Assembly (NCBI GenBank): GCA_033721955.1 | Contig: JAWVZY010000003.1 | Location: forward strand, 1 to 35,890 | Direction: 5' to 3' | Length of the DNA stretch: 35,890 nt | From: Candidatus Spechtbacterales bacterium | GTDB lineage: Bacteria > Patescibacteriota > Minisyncoccia > Spechtbacterales > 2-12-FULL-38-22 | Part shown: in pieces, positions 9,082 to 18,875 of the stretch | Position numbering within the stretch: the stretch's first letter is position 1 | Layout of the letters: every line of letters starts with the position of its first letter | Made by a program: the position numbers and the translations under genes | The notes under the pieces: generated by a model | The model's database searches: none | Seen by the model: only the letters and a program-made list of their open reading frames with translations | Told to the model about the DNA's origin: nothing

Positions 9082-10011
9082 ATGAAACCATTAGTTTATA
9101 TAGTAATGTTAAACTGGAACGGCATTGAAGAAACATTAGAGTCCCTGGAATCTCTTAGGTCTTTAAGGTACCCTAATTATGAGGTTGTTTTAGTTGATAA
9201 TGGCTCTGATAATAATGAAGGAGATAAAATAAAAGAGGTATATCCTGAGATCCACCTTATAAAGAACGATAAGAACTTGGGCTTTGCTGAAGGTTGCAAT
9301 ATAGGTATGCGCCATGCTATAGGAAAGGGAGCTGATTATATACTTCTTTTGAATAATGATACGAGCGTAGACCCGGACTTTATAGATATACTTGCAGATT
9401 TTTCAGAAAATAATAAAAAGACCGCAGTGGTATCTCCCAAGATATATTATTATGATTCTGATAAAATATGGTTCAATGGAGCCAAGCTTCACATATGGGC
9501 GGGACTTTTTAAGCATATAGATAATGGCAGAACAGACAAAGAGGCGCAGGTAAAACAGCCAACTTCAGTGGAAACGGCCTCCGGATGCGCATTTTTTATA
9601 AGAACAAGTGCGCTTAAAGATATAGGCCTTTTATATTCCCCATATTTTGCATATTATGAAGAAGCCGACTGGTCTTTTAGGGCAAGAAGGGCCGGATACG
9701 ATGTAATGGTAGTTCCCGAGAGTAAAATTTGGCATAAGGTTTCTGCCGCTACAGGCAAGAAGGGTGAAAATACTCTAAGTCCGTTTCAGGCATACTTTTT
9801 TGGCAGAAATCCAAGAATATTTGCTGAGAGGAATTTGAGCGGCCTAAAAAAACTTTTGTTTGTTTTGGCTTATTATACAAGCTCTCTAATCTATAATATT
9901 TCACGCTGCCAGAGCAATGATGCAATAAAGAAGTATTTTAAGGGCATGCGTGATGGCAGAAATATTTTAAAAAATAAAAAATGGCAGATAAAAAAAGAAA
10001 TAACAAAGTAA
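9082..10011 (+). CDS. Glycosyltransferase family 2
   Basis: 'VMLNWNG', 'VDNGS', 'NLGFAEGCN', 'LLLNND', 'YYEEADWS.RA'. Confidence 0.92.
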   Translation: MKPLVYIVMLNWNGIEETLESLESLRSLRYPNYEVVLVDNGSDNNEGDKIKEVYPEIHLIKNDKNLGFAEGCNIGMRHAIGKGADYILLLNNDTSVDPDFIDILADFSENNKKTAVVSPKIYYYDSDKIWFNGAKLHIWAGLFKHIDNGRTDKEAQVKQPTSVETASGCAFFIRTSALKDIGLLYSPYFAYYEEADWSFRARRAGYDVMVVPESKIWHKVSAATGKKGENTLSPFQAYFFGRNPRIFAERNLSGLKKLLFVLAYYTSSLIYNISRCQSNDAIKKYFKGMRDGRNILKNKKWQIKKEITK

Positions 10012-10484
10012 TATTTTTAGACAGGGATGGAGTTATAAATAAAAAACCGCCGGCAGGTGAGTATATTATTGATGTCAGCAACTTTGAACTCTTACCCCAC
10101 AGTGCAAAGGCGATTAAGCGTCTCAAGGAAAATGGATACAGTGTGTACGTTATTACCAGCCAATCGGCAATAGGCCAGGGACTTATGAGTGAAGATGATT
10201 TGCGTGATATACATAAAGAATTACAGAAATATTTGGCGGTACATGACGCTGAAATAGACGCGTTTTATCACTGCCCCCATAATAAAGATGAAGGTTGTGA
10301 TTGCAGAAAACCAAAGCCCGGCCTTATATTTCGCGCGGCTGAAGAAAATAATATAGACCTTGGATCAGCAATATATATAGGAGATGAGGAGCGGGATATG
10401 GAAGCAGCTAAAGCCGCCGGTTGCAGGGCTTTATTGGCTACAGACGATAATCATCTTCTTAGAATTGTGGATGATATTTTATAA
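9981..10484 (+). CDS. gmhB: D,D-heptose 1,7-bisphosphate phosphatase (HAD IIIA)
   Basis: 'FLDRDGVIN', Zn site 'CPH.....CDCRKPKPG', 'IGD...D..AA'. Confidence 0.9.
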   Translation: MADKKRNNKVIFLDRDGVINKKPPAGEYIIDVSNFELLPHSAKAIKRLKENGYSVYVITSQSAIGQGLMSEDDLRDIHKELQKYLAVHDAEIDAFYHCPHNKDEGCDCRKPKPGLIFRAAEENNIDLGSAIYIGDEERDMEAAKAAGCRALLATDDNHLLRIVDDIL

Positions 10485-10494
10485 AAATATTACC

Positions 10495-10523
10495 TTGAAA
10501 AACGCTTAAATTAAGGTTATATT
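10495..10523 (+). promoter_or_regulatory. Sigma70-type promoter predicted to give a leaderless transcript
   Basis: TTGAAA (10495-10500), 17-nt spacer, TATATT (10518-10523), 7 nt, then ATG 10531. Confidence 0.5.
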
Positions 10524-10530
10524 TAATAAG

Positions 10531-11682
10531 ATGCTTCGCATAGGTATAGAGGCCCATATTTTAGAAGATAAAAGGACAGGAACGACAGCGCGGTATCTAT
10601 TGAATATTCTGCGTTATATAAATTCCTTGCCTGGCGCGGAAAATAATTTCCGCGTATTTATTTATTCAAAAAGGCCTATAAAAAACTTTGATTTTTTAAG
10701 TTCGCCGGTATTTGAAAGTAAAGTACTAACTTTTTTAGGTCGCTCAAGCTGGATTGCTTATTTCGGATATAAATTACCTCTTCAGGCAAAAAAGGATAAT
10801 GTAGATGTCATGTTTTTTCCTTTTAATATGATGGCTCCGCTTACACAGTTAAGATCTATTATGGTAATTCACGATATAGATTTTTTTCGAGATCCTAAGA
10901 GTTATTCACTAAAATACAGAATTGTTTATAATTTAATGGCAAAAATAAGCGTAAATAGGGCTGAGAAGATAATTTCAGTTTCAAAATTTTCTAGAAAAGA
11001 ATTAGTAAAGCATTTAGGTGTTGAGCCCAGCAAGGTAAAGGTAGTTTATCAGGGTGTTGAAGAAAAATTTGAAAAGATGGATAATATTGCTGAAATTAAA
11101 GAAGTGAAGAAAAAATACGGCATAAATGACAGATATATATTTTCTGCGGGTCTTATATTTACCCGTCGTCATACGGTGGAGGCAATAAAGGCATTCGGGG
11201 ATATAGTAAACGATTTTCCCGACGTTCAATTTCTTGTTGGAGGTATAAACGCAACAGAGCCCTTTGTTGATTTAGAAAAATTATCTGAATCTATAAATAA
11301 TAAAGCAGGTCGGAAGGCAGTTATTTTAGCCGGCTTTATTGATGAACAGGATATGGTACCCTTATATAATGGCTGTGAATTTTCAGTTTACATTTCAGAA
11401 TATGAAGGTTTTGGGATGCCTGTAGTTGAGACATTGAGGTGTGAGAGACCTGTGTTAGCCACAAATATGACAGCATTAAAAGAATCAGGAGGGGGGTATC
11501 AGGTTTCAGTAGAAGATCCCGGGGATATTTCTGAAATAGCTGAAAAAATGCGTGATATTTTAAATAACCCCGAATTTTACAGGAATAAAGCTAAAGGTGG
11601 GGCGGAATATGTAAAGAAGAATTTTTCATGGGATAAGGCGGTGCCTGAAATTTTAAAGTTACTAAATAAAACATATAAATAA
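10531..11682 (+). CDS. Glycosyltransferase family 4 (GT-B)
   Basis: 'IHDI', 'ISVSKFSRKE', 'YEGFGMPVVE', 'FSWDK'. Confidence 0.92.
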   Translation: MLRIGIEAHILEDKRTGTTARYLLNILRYINSLPGAENNFRVFIYSKRPIKNFDFLSSPVFESKVLTFLGRSSWIAYFGYKLPLQAKKDNVDVMFFPFNMMAPLTQLRSIMVIHDIDFFRDPKSYSLKYRIVYNLMAKISVNRAEKIISVSKFSRKELVKHLGVEPSKVKVVYQGVEEKFEKMDNIAEIKEVKKKYGINDRYIFSAGLIFTRRHTVEAIKAFGDIVNDFPDVQFLVGGINATEPFVDLEKLSESINNKAGRKAVILAGFIDEQDMVPLYNGCEFSVYISEYEGFGMPVVETLRCERPVLATNMTALKESGGGYQVSVEDPGDISEIAEKMRDILNNPEFYRNKAKGGAEYVKKNFSWDKAVPEILKLLNKTYK

Positions 11683-12681
11683 ATGGTTATTTCTAAAACA
11701 CCATTGAGAATATCTTTTTTCGGAGGAGGCAGTGATTATCCCGCGTGGTACAAAGATAACGGCGGAGCTGTGCTTTCAACCTCTATAGATAAATACTTTT
11801 CTTTAACATGCAGGGAATTTGTCCCTTATTTTGGCTTTAAGCATCATATAGTGTGGAGCAAAAAGGAAGAGGCAAAAAGCACAGATGATATACAGCACCC
11901 CATAGTTAGGGAGGCCTTTAAGTATTTAGATATTAAAAAGGGGATAGAGGTGCATTATATAGCAGATCTGCCTGCTCGTTCCGGCTTGGGTTCGGGCTCA
12001 ACTTTTACAGTATCTCTTTTGCACGCCCTTCATACTCTGGAGGGAAGAGAGCCAAGTAAGGAGCAATTAGCACTTGAGGCAATACATATAGAGAGGGACC
12101 GGCTTGGCGAAAATGTTGGCTCACAAGACCAGACAGCAGCAGCTTTTGGCGGATTTAATAAAATAGAATTTAGCGGAGATGATAAAATAAAGGTACACCC
12201 CTTAAAGATTGAAAAAGATAAGCTAAAATATTTAGAGAAACATCTTTTACTATTTTCTACAGGTATATATAGACGTGCTGATAGCATAGCTGCAGAGCAG
12301 GTTAAAAAAACTCCAAATTTACACAGCGAGATAAAGACCCTGCAATCAATGGTAGATGAGGGTATAGATATTCTTAAAGGTCCCAGGGAAAATATAAATA
12401 ATTTTGGCAAATTACTTGATAATGCCTGGGATATTAAAAGAGGGCTTACGAGCAAAATATCCAATAGTACCATAGATGCTATTTATGAAAAAGCTAAAGA
12501 CAAGGGCGCTATCGGAGGTAAGTTGCTGGGTGCGGGAGGTGGTGGCTTTATTTTATTTTTTGCAGAACCGCAAAAACACGATATTATAAAAGATGCATTA
12601 AATAACCTTACCTATGTGCCTTTTGAGTTTGAGTCAAAGGGTAGCCATATAATATTTAACAGTCATGAAGGACAAAATTAA
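11683..12681 (+). CDS. hddA: D-glycero-alpha-D-manno-heptose 7-phosphate kinase (GHMP kinase)
   Basis: 'KTPLRISFFGGGSD', 'PARSGLGSGS', 'GSQDQ', 'GGKLLGAGGGGF'; adjacent to gmhA. Confidence 0.88.
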   Translation: MVISKTPLRISFFGGGSDYPAWYKDNGGAVLSTSIDKYFSLTCREFVPYFGFKHHIVWSKKEEAKSTDDIQHPIVREAFKYLDIKKGIEVHYIADLPARSGLGSGSTFTVSLLHALHTLEGREPSKEQLALEAIHIERDRLGENVGSQDQTAAAFGGFNKIEFSGDDKIKVHPLKIEKDKLKYLEKHLLLFSTGIYRRADSIAAEQVKKTPNLHSEIKTLQSMVDEGIDILKGPRENINNFGKLLDNAWDIKRGLTSKISNSTIDAIYEKAKDKGAIGGKLLGAGGGGFILFFAEPQKHDIIKDALNNLTYVPFEFESKGSHIIFNSHEGQN

Positions 12682-13240
12682 AAAAAGATTACAGGAAAGT
12701 TCCGATGTAAAGAATATGATCGCAGGTAATGAAGAATTGCTTAGCATTGTAGAAAAGAGCGCTGATGTTATAACCCAAAGCTTAAAAAACGGCGGGCAGC
12801 TTTTGGTTTGTGGGAATGGAGGCAGTGCGGCTGACGCCCAACATATAGCAGCCGAGCTTTCAGGAAAGTATTACATAGATAGAGAGCCCCTTTCTGCAGA
12901 GGCCCTGCATGTAAATACATCTTATCTTACAGCTGTAGGTAACGATTATTCATATAATGAGATATTTTCCAGGGCGGTTGGTGCAAAAGGCAGCAGGGGC
13001 GATGTATTGATCGCTATATCAACCTCGGGAAATTCAAAAAATGTAGTATCAGCCGTTGAAAAAGCTAAAGAAAAAGGTCTGCTTACTATAGGTATGACAG
13101 GCAGTGATGGCGGCAAAATGCGCGGCATTTGCGACTATTTAATAGCTATTCCATCACAAGATACACCAAGAATACAGGAAGCCCATATAACAATAGGGCA
13201 TATAATTTGCGAACTTGTAGAAGTTAACATATTTGGTTAA
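12665..13240 (+). CDS. gmhA: Sedoheptulose 7-phosphate isomerase
   Basis: 'CGNGGSAADAQHIAAE', 'GNDY', 'ISTSGNSKN', 'TPRIQEAH'. Confidence 0.96.
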   Translation: MKDKIKKRLQESSDVKNMIAGNEELLSIVEKSADVITQSLKNGGQLLVCGNGGSAADAQHIAAELSGKYYIDREPLSAEALHVNTSYLTAVGNDYSYNEIFSRAVGAKGSRGDVLIAISTSGNSKNVVSAVEKAKEKGLLTIGMTGSDGGKMRGICDYLIAIPSQDTPRIQEAHITIGHIICELVEVNIFG

Positions 13241-13981
13241 ATGCCGCATATTTTTAACGAAGAATATTTTGAAAAGTATTATGAGGGGTGGAATAATACC
13301 TCTTTTTTGCAACGCTACCTTTTTGGATTAGTAGAATTTAGAAAGCCGTTATATAAATATATAAAAAAAGAAAAAGCCGGCGGAAAGCTTGTAGATTTAG
13401 GTTGTGGAGTAGGGGCTTTTTTAAGTTTAGCGCAAAACGATTTTAATACATATGGAGCTGATATCTCAGAATACGCTATATCTGAGGCACAAAAAAACAG
13501 TCCTAAAAGTAAACTAAAGCAGTTTGACGGCAATAAAAAACTTCCTTTTGAGGACGATTTTTTCGATGTTACTACATCATTTGACGTTGTAGAACATTTA
13601 GACGAGCCCTCAGGCTTTATAAAAGAGGCGGCTAGAATACTCAAGAAAGATGGTTTGCTTGTATTTACAACCCCAAACCCGCATTCGCTTGGAAAAAGGT
13701 TAAAAAAAGATGACTGGCATGGTTACCGGGATGAAAGTCACTATTCAATTAAAAAATCTAAAGAATGGAAAGATATGGTGTTGGCCGAAGGATTTGATAT
13801 TGTTAAGCTGAGATACGATTTTCTCTGGGATCCACCCTATATTAAAAATGTACCCGGTATATTTAGGAGAGTAGTGGAGGGACTTTTCTTGGTGGGCCCT
13901 ACATTGCCTCTGTATTTGTTGAATATAAATAGGATAAAATATCTGGGAGAAAATACACTAATTATAGCCAGGAAAAAATGA
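13241..13981 (+). CDS. Class I SAM-dependent methyltransferase
   Basis: 'VDLGCGVG', 'GADIS', 'LPFEDDFFD', 'VVEHL', 'TTPN'. Confidence 0.9.
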   Translation: MPHIFNEEYFEKYYEGWNNTSFLQRYLFGLVEFRKPLYKYIKKEKAGGKLVDLGCGVGAFLSLAQNDFNTYGADISEYAISEAQKNSPKSKLKQFDGNKKLPFEDDFFDVTTSFDVVEHLDEPSGFIKEAARILKKDGLLVFTTPNPHSLGKRLKKDDWHGYRDESHYSIKKSKEWKDMVLAEGFDIVKLRYDFLWDPPYIKNVPGIFRRVVEGLFLVGPTLPLYLLNINRIKYLGENTLIIARKK

Positions 13982-15138
13982 GAAAAGAGATAGTATTTAT
14001 AACAAACGGCCCCGCCTTCCATAAAAACCAAAAGGGGTATGCCGCAGAATATTTTTTAAAGTTTTTTGATAAAGTGCATTTCATATACTGGTCTCATGAG
14101 GAGTTTAAGGACAAGTATATAGATGATAAAATTGTATTACATCCATACATTACAAAAAGAGGAGGGTTTCTATTGCCGCTTTTTTATATATTTTGGAGCT
14201 TAAAAAAACTCTTTAAGTTAAAGGAAGAATTTAAGAGTAAAAATTCCGAGGGCCGACTTGTATTTTGTGCTATATCTGTAGCATGGGCGGGTATACCCGC
14301 GCTTATTGCGGCAAAAATGATGCAGATTCCTGTAGCTTTGCGCATGGACTCAGATATGGTCGGTTATATGAGTATAGAAAATAAATTGCTTGGTAAAACC
14401 GGCTTTATAAGTAATGTAAAACTTGAACTGTTAAAAACCCTCCATTATAGCTTGCTTCCGTTTTTTGATGCGGTTATAGGTATATCTGAAGGCATCTCAG
14501 AAAAAGCAAAGAAGTATGGTGCAAAAAATGTTTTTACTATACATATACCTATAAATACAGACATGTTTTCACCCGCCACCGGCGGCAGGGAGGGCATAAG
14601 GTTATTATATGCGGGGCAGATAAAGGCTATGAAAGGCCTACACATATTAGTAGATGTTTTACGCCAAATAAAAAAAGAAAAGGATTATGCGCCCCTGTTG
14701 CATATAGTTGGCTCTGCCATGCGCCCTGTTGATAAAAGCTACAAACAGCAATTAATACAGGATAGTCAGGATCTAAATGTAAAGTTTTCAGATCATGTTT
14801 ATATTGATAAAATGCCCGATATATATAGGGAGCATGACATATTAGTGCATCCTTCATATTCTGAAGCCCAGGGCATGACTATAATGGAGGCAATGGCATC
14901 GGGTCTTGCGGTTGTAGCTTTTAATACAAGCGGCCCAAAAGACCTTGTAGAGGAGGGTAGAACAGGTTTTTTAGTGTCTTCAGGCGACAAGAAAGTACTT
15001 AAAGAGAGAATAGAGACCTTTTTAAATGATGCCAATCTTTGCAGGCAAATGGGTATTGCCGGGCGAAATAGGGTAATTGATTTAGTTGAGGAGACAGATG
15101 AAAAATATGAGCATTTATGGAAGATGCTAACTTCATAG
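13978..15138 (+). CDS. Glycosyltransferase family 4 (GT-B)
   Basis: 'KGL', 'PSYSEAQGMTIMEAMASGLAVV', 'GFLV', 'MGIAGR'. Confidence 0.92.
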   Translation: MRKEIVFITNGPAFHKNQKGYAAEYFLKFFDKVHFIYWSHEEFKDKYIDDKIVLHPYITKRGGFLLPLFYIFWSLKKLFKLKEEFKSKNSEGRLVFCAISVAWAGIPALIAAKMMQIPVALRMDSDMVGYMSIENKLLGKTGFISNVKLELLKTLHYSLLPFFDAVIGISEGISEKAKKYGAKNVFTIHIPINTDMFSPATGGREGIRLLYAGQIKAMKGLHILVDVLRQIKKEKDYAPLLHIVGSAMRPVDKSYKQQLIQDSQDLNVKFSDHVYIDKMPDIYREHDILVHPSYSEAQGMTIMEAMASGLAVVAFNTSGPKDLVEEGRTGFLVSSGDKKVLKERIETFLNDANLCRQMGIAGRNRVIDLVEETDEKYEHLWKMLTS

Positions 15139-15143
15139 GTATG

Positions 15144-15214
15144 TGTCCAAATATAAAAAGTGTCCGAATATAAATTAATGTGTCCAGATAATAAAAATGT
15201 CCGAATTGTCCGAA
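15144..15214 (+). repeat. Five short direct repeats of TGTCC(G/A)(A/G)A
   Basis: TGTCC starts at 15144, 15161, 15181, 15198 and 15207; the fourth copy supplies the ATG at 15197. Confidence 0.75.
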
Positions 15215-16132
15215 AAAATTAAAGTTTCTGCAGGAGTTTTTGCCCATAATGAAGAAAAAAATATAGCAAAGTTGCTGGAGGCGCTTTTACAACAGCAGCT
15301 AAATAAGGTTGAGTTAGATGAGATAATTATAGTAGCATCTGGCTGTACAGATAAGACGGTTGAAATAGCTGAGCAATTTCAAAAACAGCAAAATACAAAT
15401 AATAAACCGCAAGATACCAATATAAAAATATTGGTACAGGAGAAAAGAGAGGGCAAAGTATCGGCTATAAACCTATTTCTACAAGAAGCAAATAATACCA
15501 CAGTTTTAATAGAAAGTGGAGATACCATTCCTGCCAAAAATACGGTAGAATATTTAATGGTGCCTTTTGAAAATACGAAAGTAGGCATGACAGGCGCCAG
15601 GCCTGTGCCAATTGATAAATCCCATACATTAATGGGTTTTGCCACAAACTTGCTTTGGGAACTTCATCATAGGATATCTCTTAAAACTCCAAAAATGGGG
15701 GAGATGGTAGCGTTTAGAAAAGATATTATACCCCGGCTTTCTTTAACAGCTGTGGATGAGGCACTTATAGAAGCAAAAATTAAAAAGGCCGGGTACGAGG
15801 TACATTATGTGCCCGAAGCAATAGTTTATAATAAAGGGCCTGAGACAGCAGGTGATTTTCTCAGACAGAGAAGGCGCATACATGCCGGACACCTGCATCT
15901 TAAAAAGCATCATGGTCATGCAGTTTCAACGGGTAATGTATTAACAATATTTAAAATGTTGGGAAGCATGTTGTATGGCATGTTGCGCGGTAATATTCGG
16001 GCGTTTGTGTATATACCCTCCACCGTTGCGCTTGAGGCAACGGGTAAAGCGCTTGGCTATTGGGACTTTTATGTAGCAAAAAAAGATCATATAGTTTGGG
16101 AGCAGGCAAGTTCAACAAAAGATTTAAATTAA
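15197..16132 (+). CDS. Glycosyltransferase family 2
   Basis: 'AHNEE', 'ASGCTDKT', 'REGK..AIN', 'QRRRI'. Confidence 0.9.
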   Translation: MSELSEKIKVSAGVFAHNEEKNIAKLLEALLQQQLNKVELDEIIIVASGCTDKTVEIAEQFQKQQNTNNKPQDTNIKILVQEKREGKVSAINLFLQEANNTTVLIESGDTIPAKNTVEYLMVPFENTKVGMTGARPVPIDKSHTLMGFATNLLWELHHRISLKTPKMGEMVAFRKDIIPRLSLTAVDEALIEAKIKKAGYEVHYVPEAIVYNKGPETAGDFLRQRRRIHAGHLHLKKHHGHAVSTGNVLTIFKMLGSMLYGMLRGNIRAFVYIPSTVALEATGKALGYWDFYVAKKDHIVWEQASSTKDLN

Positions 16133-16141
16133 TTATTTTAT

Positions 16142-17158
16142 ATGAGCAACACCTTCAATGTAGCAGTTATAGGTTCGGGTTATTGGGGCCCTAATCTTAT
16201 ACGTAATTTTTATCAATTACCTAAGGTAGAACTTTCTTATATTTGCGATCTTAGCAATGAGCGCTTGTCTCATATGGCCTCACTTTACCCTGATATTGCA
16301 CAGACAAAAGATTATAAAGATATTTTGCAGGATACAAATGTAGATGCGGTATGCATCGCAACTCCTGTAAGCACTCACTTTAAGCTTGCGTGGGAGGCTC
16401 TTGAAGCAGATAAGCATGTTTTGCTGGAAAAACCAATGACCGCAACCGGTGAAGAAGCGCGCAAACTCACAGAACTTGCTGAGCAAAAAGGCAAGGTTCT
16501 TATGGTTGGCCATACTTTTGAATATACAGCCCCTATTAACAAGTTAAAGGAAATAATAGATTCGGGAGAATTGGGTAAAATACTTTACATAAATATGAGC
16601 TGGCTTAATTTGGGAGTATTTCGTGAAGATGTGAATGTTGTATGGGATCTTGCGCCCCATAATATTTCTTTACTTAATATGTTACTTAAAGAAGAGCCCC
16701 GTACTATTAAGGCGATTGGCAGTGCCCATTATCATGAGGGCAAAGAAGATGTTGCATTCTTGAACGTTAGTTATCCTGATAATCTTATAGCGCATATTCA
16801 TTTAAGTTGGATAGATCCGGCTAAAACAAGAAAGCTTACAGTTGTTGGGGATAAAAAAATGGCTATTTTCGATGATTTAAATGATACTGAGCCAATAAAG
16901 ATATTTGATAAGAGTATAATAAAACAGCCGTATTATGAAAGCTATGGTGAATTTAAGTTGCTTTATAATTGGGGTGATGTTTATTCTCCAAAAATAGAAA
17001 ATACAGAACCATTAAAAGTTCAATGTTCTCACTTTATTGATTGTATTGAGAAGGGTAAAACTCCTCAAAGTGACGGGGTAAGCGGTATGCGCGTAGTTGA
17101 GGCCCTTGAGGCAGCCGAAAGATCGCTTAAAAATAATAGTGAATGGGTGCAGCTTTAA
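16142..17158 (+). CDS. Gfo/Idh/MocA oxidoreductase (WbpB/WlbA-like sugar 3-dehydrogenase)
   Basis: 'VAVIGSGYWG', 'IATP..TH', 'HVLLEKP', 'WDLAPH'. Confidence 0.88.
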   Translation: MSNTFNVAVIGSGYWGPNLIRNFYQLPKVELSYICDLSNERLSHMASLYPDIAQTKDYKDILQDTNVDAVCIATPVSTHFKLAWEALEADKHVLLEKPMTATGEEARKLTELAEQKGKVLMVGHTFEYTAPINKLKEIIDSGELGKILYINMSWLNLGVFREDVNVVWDLAPHNISLLNMLLKEEPRTIKAIGSAHYHEGKEDVAFLNVSYPDNLIAHIHLSWIDPAKTRKLTVVGDKKMAIFDDLNDTEPIKIFDKSIIKQPYYESYGEFKLLYNWGDVYSPKIENTEPLKVQCSHFIDCIEKGKTPQSDGVSGMRVVEALEAAERSLKNNSEWVQL

Positions 17159-17196
17159 CTTTGCAACTGTATTGTAAAGTTAAATTTGCACCTTAA

Positions 17197-17204
17197 AAGG
17201 AGGT
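17197..17204 (+). promoter_or_regulatory. Strong Shine-Dalgarno site
   Basis: AAGGAGGT just upstream of ATGATG at 17209/17212. Confidence 0.7.
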
Positions 17205-17208
17205 TATT

Positions 17209-17682
17209 ATGATGCACCAAAACATAACAGACGATGTAAAGCTGGGCAAGAATGTGAAGATTTATGATTTTGTTAATCTCTATGGATGTGAGATAGGCGA
17301 TAACTCAAAGGTTGGAACTTTTGTAGAGATACAAAAGAATGCAAAGATAGGAAAAAACTGCAAAATATCCTCGCATTCATTTGTTTGTGAGGGGGTAATT
17401 ATTGAAGATGATGTTTTTGTAGGGCATGGCGTAATGTTTACTAACGACGTCTACCCTCGTGCTACTGCAGGCGGAGAGCTCCAGACAGAAGATGATTGGG
17501 AAGTTATCGAAACAGTTGTTAAAAAGGGCGCATCAATAGGTTCCAATGCCTCTATTTTGGCGGGTATTACTATAGGTGAAAATGCGATAGTTGGCCTTGG
17601 GGCGGTTGTCACCAAAGATGTACCGCCCAATACAGTTGTTGCCGGAAATCCGGCAAAAGTTATCCGTACACTAGAGGCATAG
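17209..17682 (+). CDS. Hexapeptide-repeat sugar N-acetyltransferase (WbpD/WlbB-like)
   Basis: Left-handed beta-helix repeats; 'FVEIQK', 'FTND.YPR', 'VTKDVP...VVAGNPA'. Confidence 0.9.
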   Translation: MMHQNITDDVKLGKNVKIYDFVNLYGCEIGDNSKVGTFVEIQKNAKIGKNCKISSHSFVCEGVIIEDDVFVGHGVMFTNDVYPRATAGGELQTEDDWEVIETVVKKGASIGSNASILAGITIGENAIVGLGAVVTKDVPPNTVVAGNPAKVIRTLEA

Positions 17683-17689
17683 TAGGTAA

Positions 17690-17730
17690 TGGACAGGTTT
17701 TCATTTGAGAAAACCTGTCCCATTTTTTAA
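17690..17730 (+). terminator. Intrinsic terminator-like hairpin within the operon
   Basis: GGACAGGTTTTC-atttga-GAAAACCTGTCC (12-bp perfect stem) followed by CATTTTTT. Confidence 0.7.
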
Positions 17731-17768
17731 TTTTAAATTTGATCAAACCCAAAAGGGTTAATAAAAAT

Positions 17769-18875
17769 ATGCAGGTTCCGTTTTTAGATCTAAAAACTCA
17801 ACATAAAGATATAGAAGAAGACATTAAAAAAGAGTTTTCTGATATTTTAGAAAACACCGCTTTTGTATCCGGTAAAAGAGTGGAAAATTTTGAAAGTGAA
17901 CTTTCTGATTATTGTGGCTCTAATTATGCCGTTGCGTGTAATTCGGGCACTTCGGCTCTTCATCTGGCCTTGATGGGACATGGAATAGGCGATAAAGATG
18001 AGGTAATAACACAGCCAAATACATTTTTTGCAACGGCTGAGGCCATAAGTCACGCGGGTGCAACCCCTGTTTTTGCAGATATTGACCCACAAGCCCTGAC
18101 CCTTGACCCTAAAAAGGTAGAAGATGCAATAACCGAAAAGACAAGGGCGATTATAGTGGTCCATATCTATGGTATTGCATCACCTATGGATGAACTTCGC
18201 GAAATAGCTGATAAAAATAATTTGGTATTAATTGAGGATGCAGCTCAGGCTCATGGTGCCGAATACAGGGGTAAGAGGTTATCTTCATTGGGGGGCACGA
18301 CCTGTTTTAGTTTTTATCCTTCAAAAGTAATAGGCGCGGCCGGAGAAGGCGGTGCTATTGTCACAAATAACAGAGAGATTTATGAGCGCATGCTGGCTTT
18401 GCGCGATCATGGCCAGACAGCTAAGCATGAGCACACATATGTTGGCTATAATTACAGAATGACAGAATTGCAGGGAGCTGTGCTTGCAATTAAATTGAAA
18501 AAATTGGATAACTGGCTGGCTTCACGCAGAAATAATGCGGCTCTTTATTCGCGGTTACTTGCGGGGCTTGAGCCAAGATTAACCACTCACCCTTCTCCCG
18601 AATATTCTAATTGCGCTTATTATCTTTATGTAGTTTCTGCACGTGATCGTGATAATCTTAAGAAATACTTGAATGAAAACGGCATAGGAGCTGCGGTACA
18701 TTATCCCACGCCCGTTCATTTGCAGCCGGCATATAAGGAGCTTGGATACAATAGAGGGGATATGCCTTGTGCTGAAAAACATGCTGAAGAAATACTTAGC
18801 TTACCTATGTACCCAGAGCTTAAAGAAGAGCAAATAAAATATGTTTGCGATAAAATTAAGGAATTTTATTCATGA
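17769..18875 (+). CDS. DegT/DnrJ/EryC1/StrS PLP aminotransferase (WbpE/WlbC-like)
   Basis: Start at MQVPFLDL; 'NSGTSALHLAL', 'IEDAAQAHG', 'FSFYPSK', 'GYNYRM', 'LSLPMYP'. Confidence 0.93.
   Translation: MQVPFLDLKTQHKDIEEDIKKEFSDILENTAFVSGKRVENFESELSDYCGSNYAVACNSGTSALHLALMGHGIGDKDEVITQPNTFFATAEAISHAGATPVFADIDPQALTLDPKKVEDAITEKTRAIIVVHIYGIASPMDELREIADKNNLVLIEDAAQAHGAEYRGKRLSSLGGTTCFSFYPSKVIGAAGEGGAIVTNNREIYERMLALRDHGQTAKHEHTYVGYNYRMTELQGAVLAIKLKKLDNWLASRRNNAALYSRLLAGLEPRLTTHPSPEYSNCAYYLYVVSARDRDNLKKYLNENGIGAAVHYPTPVHLQPAYKELGYNRGDMPCAEKHAEEILSLPMYPELKEEQIKYVCDKIKEFYS

Noticed and set aside
9981-13240. LPS inner-core biosynthesis
   Set aside because: The kinase is GHMP-type HddA rather than HldE, and no lipid A, Kdo or GT9 heptosyltransferase genes are present.
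15144-15214. CRISPR array
   Set aside because: Repeats are only about 8 nt, spacers are at most about 12 nt and irregular, and no cas genes are present.
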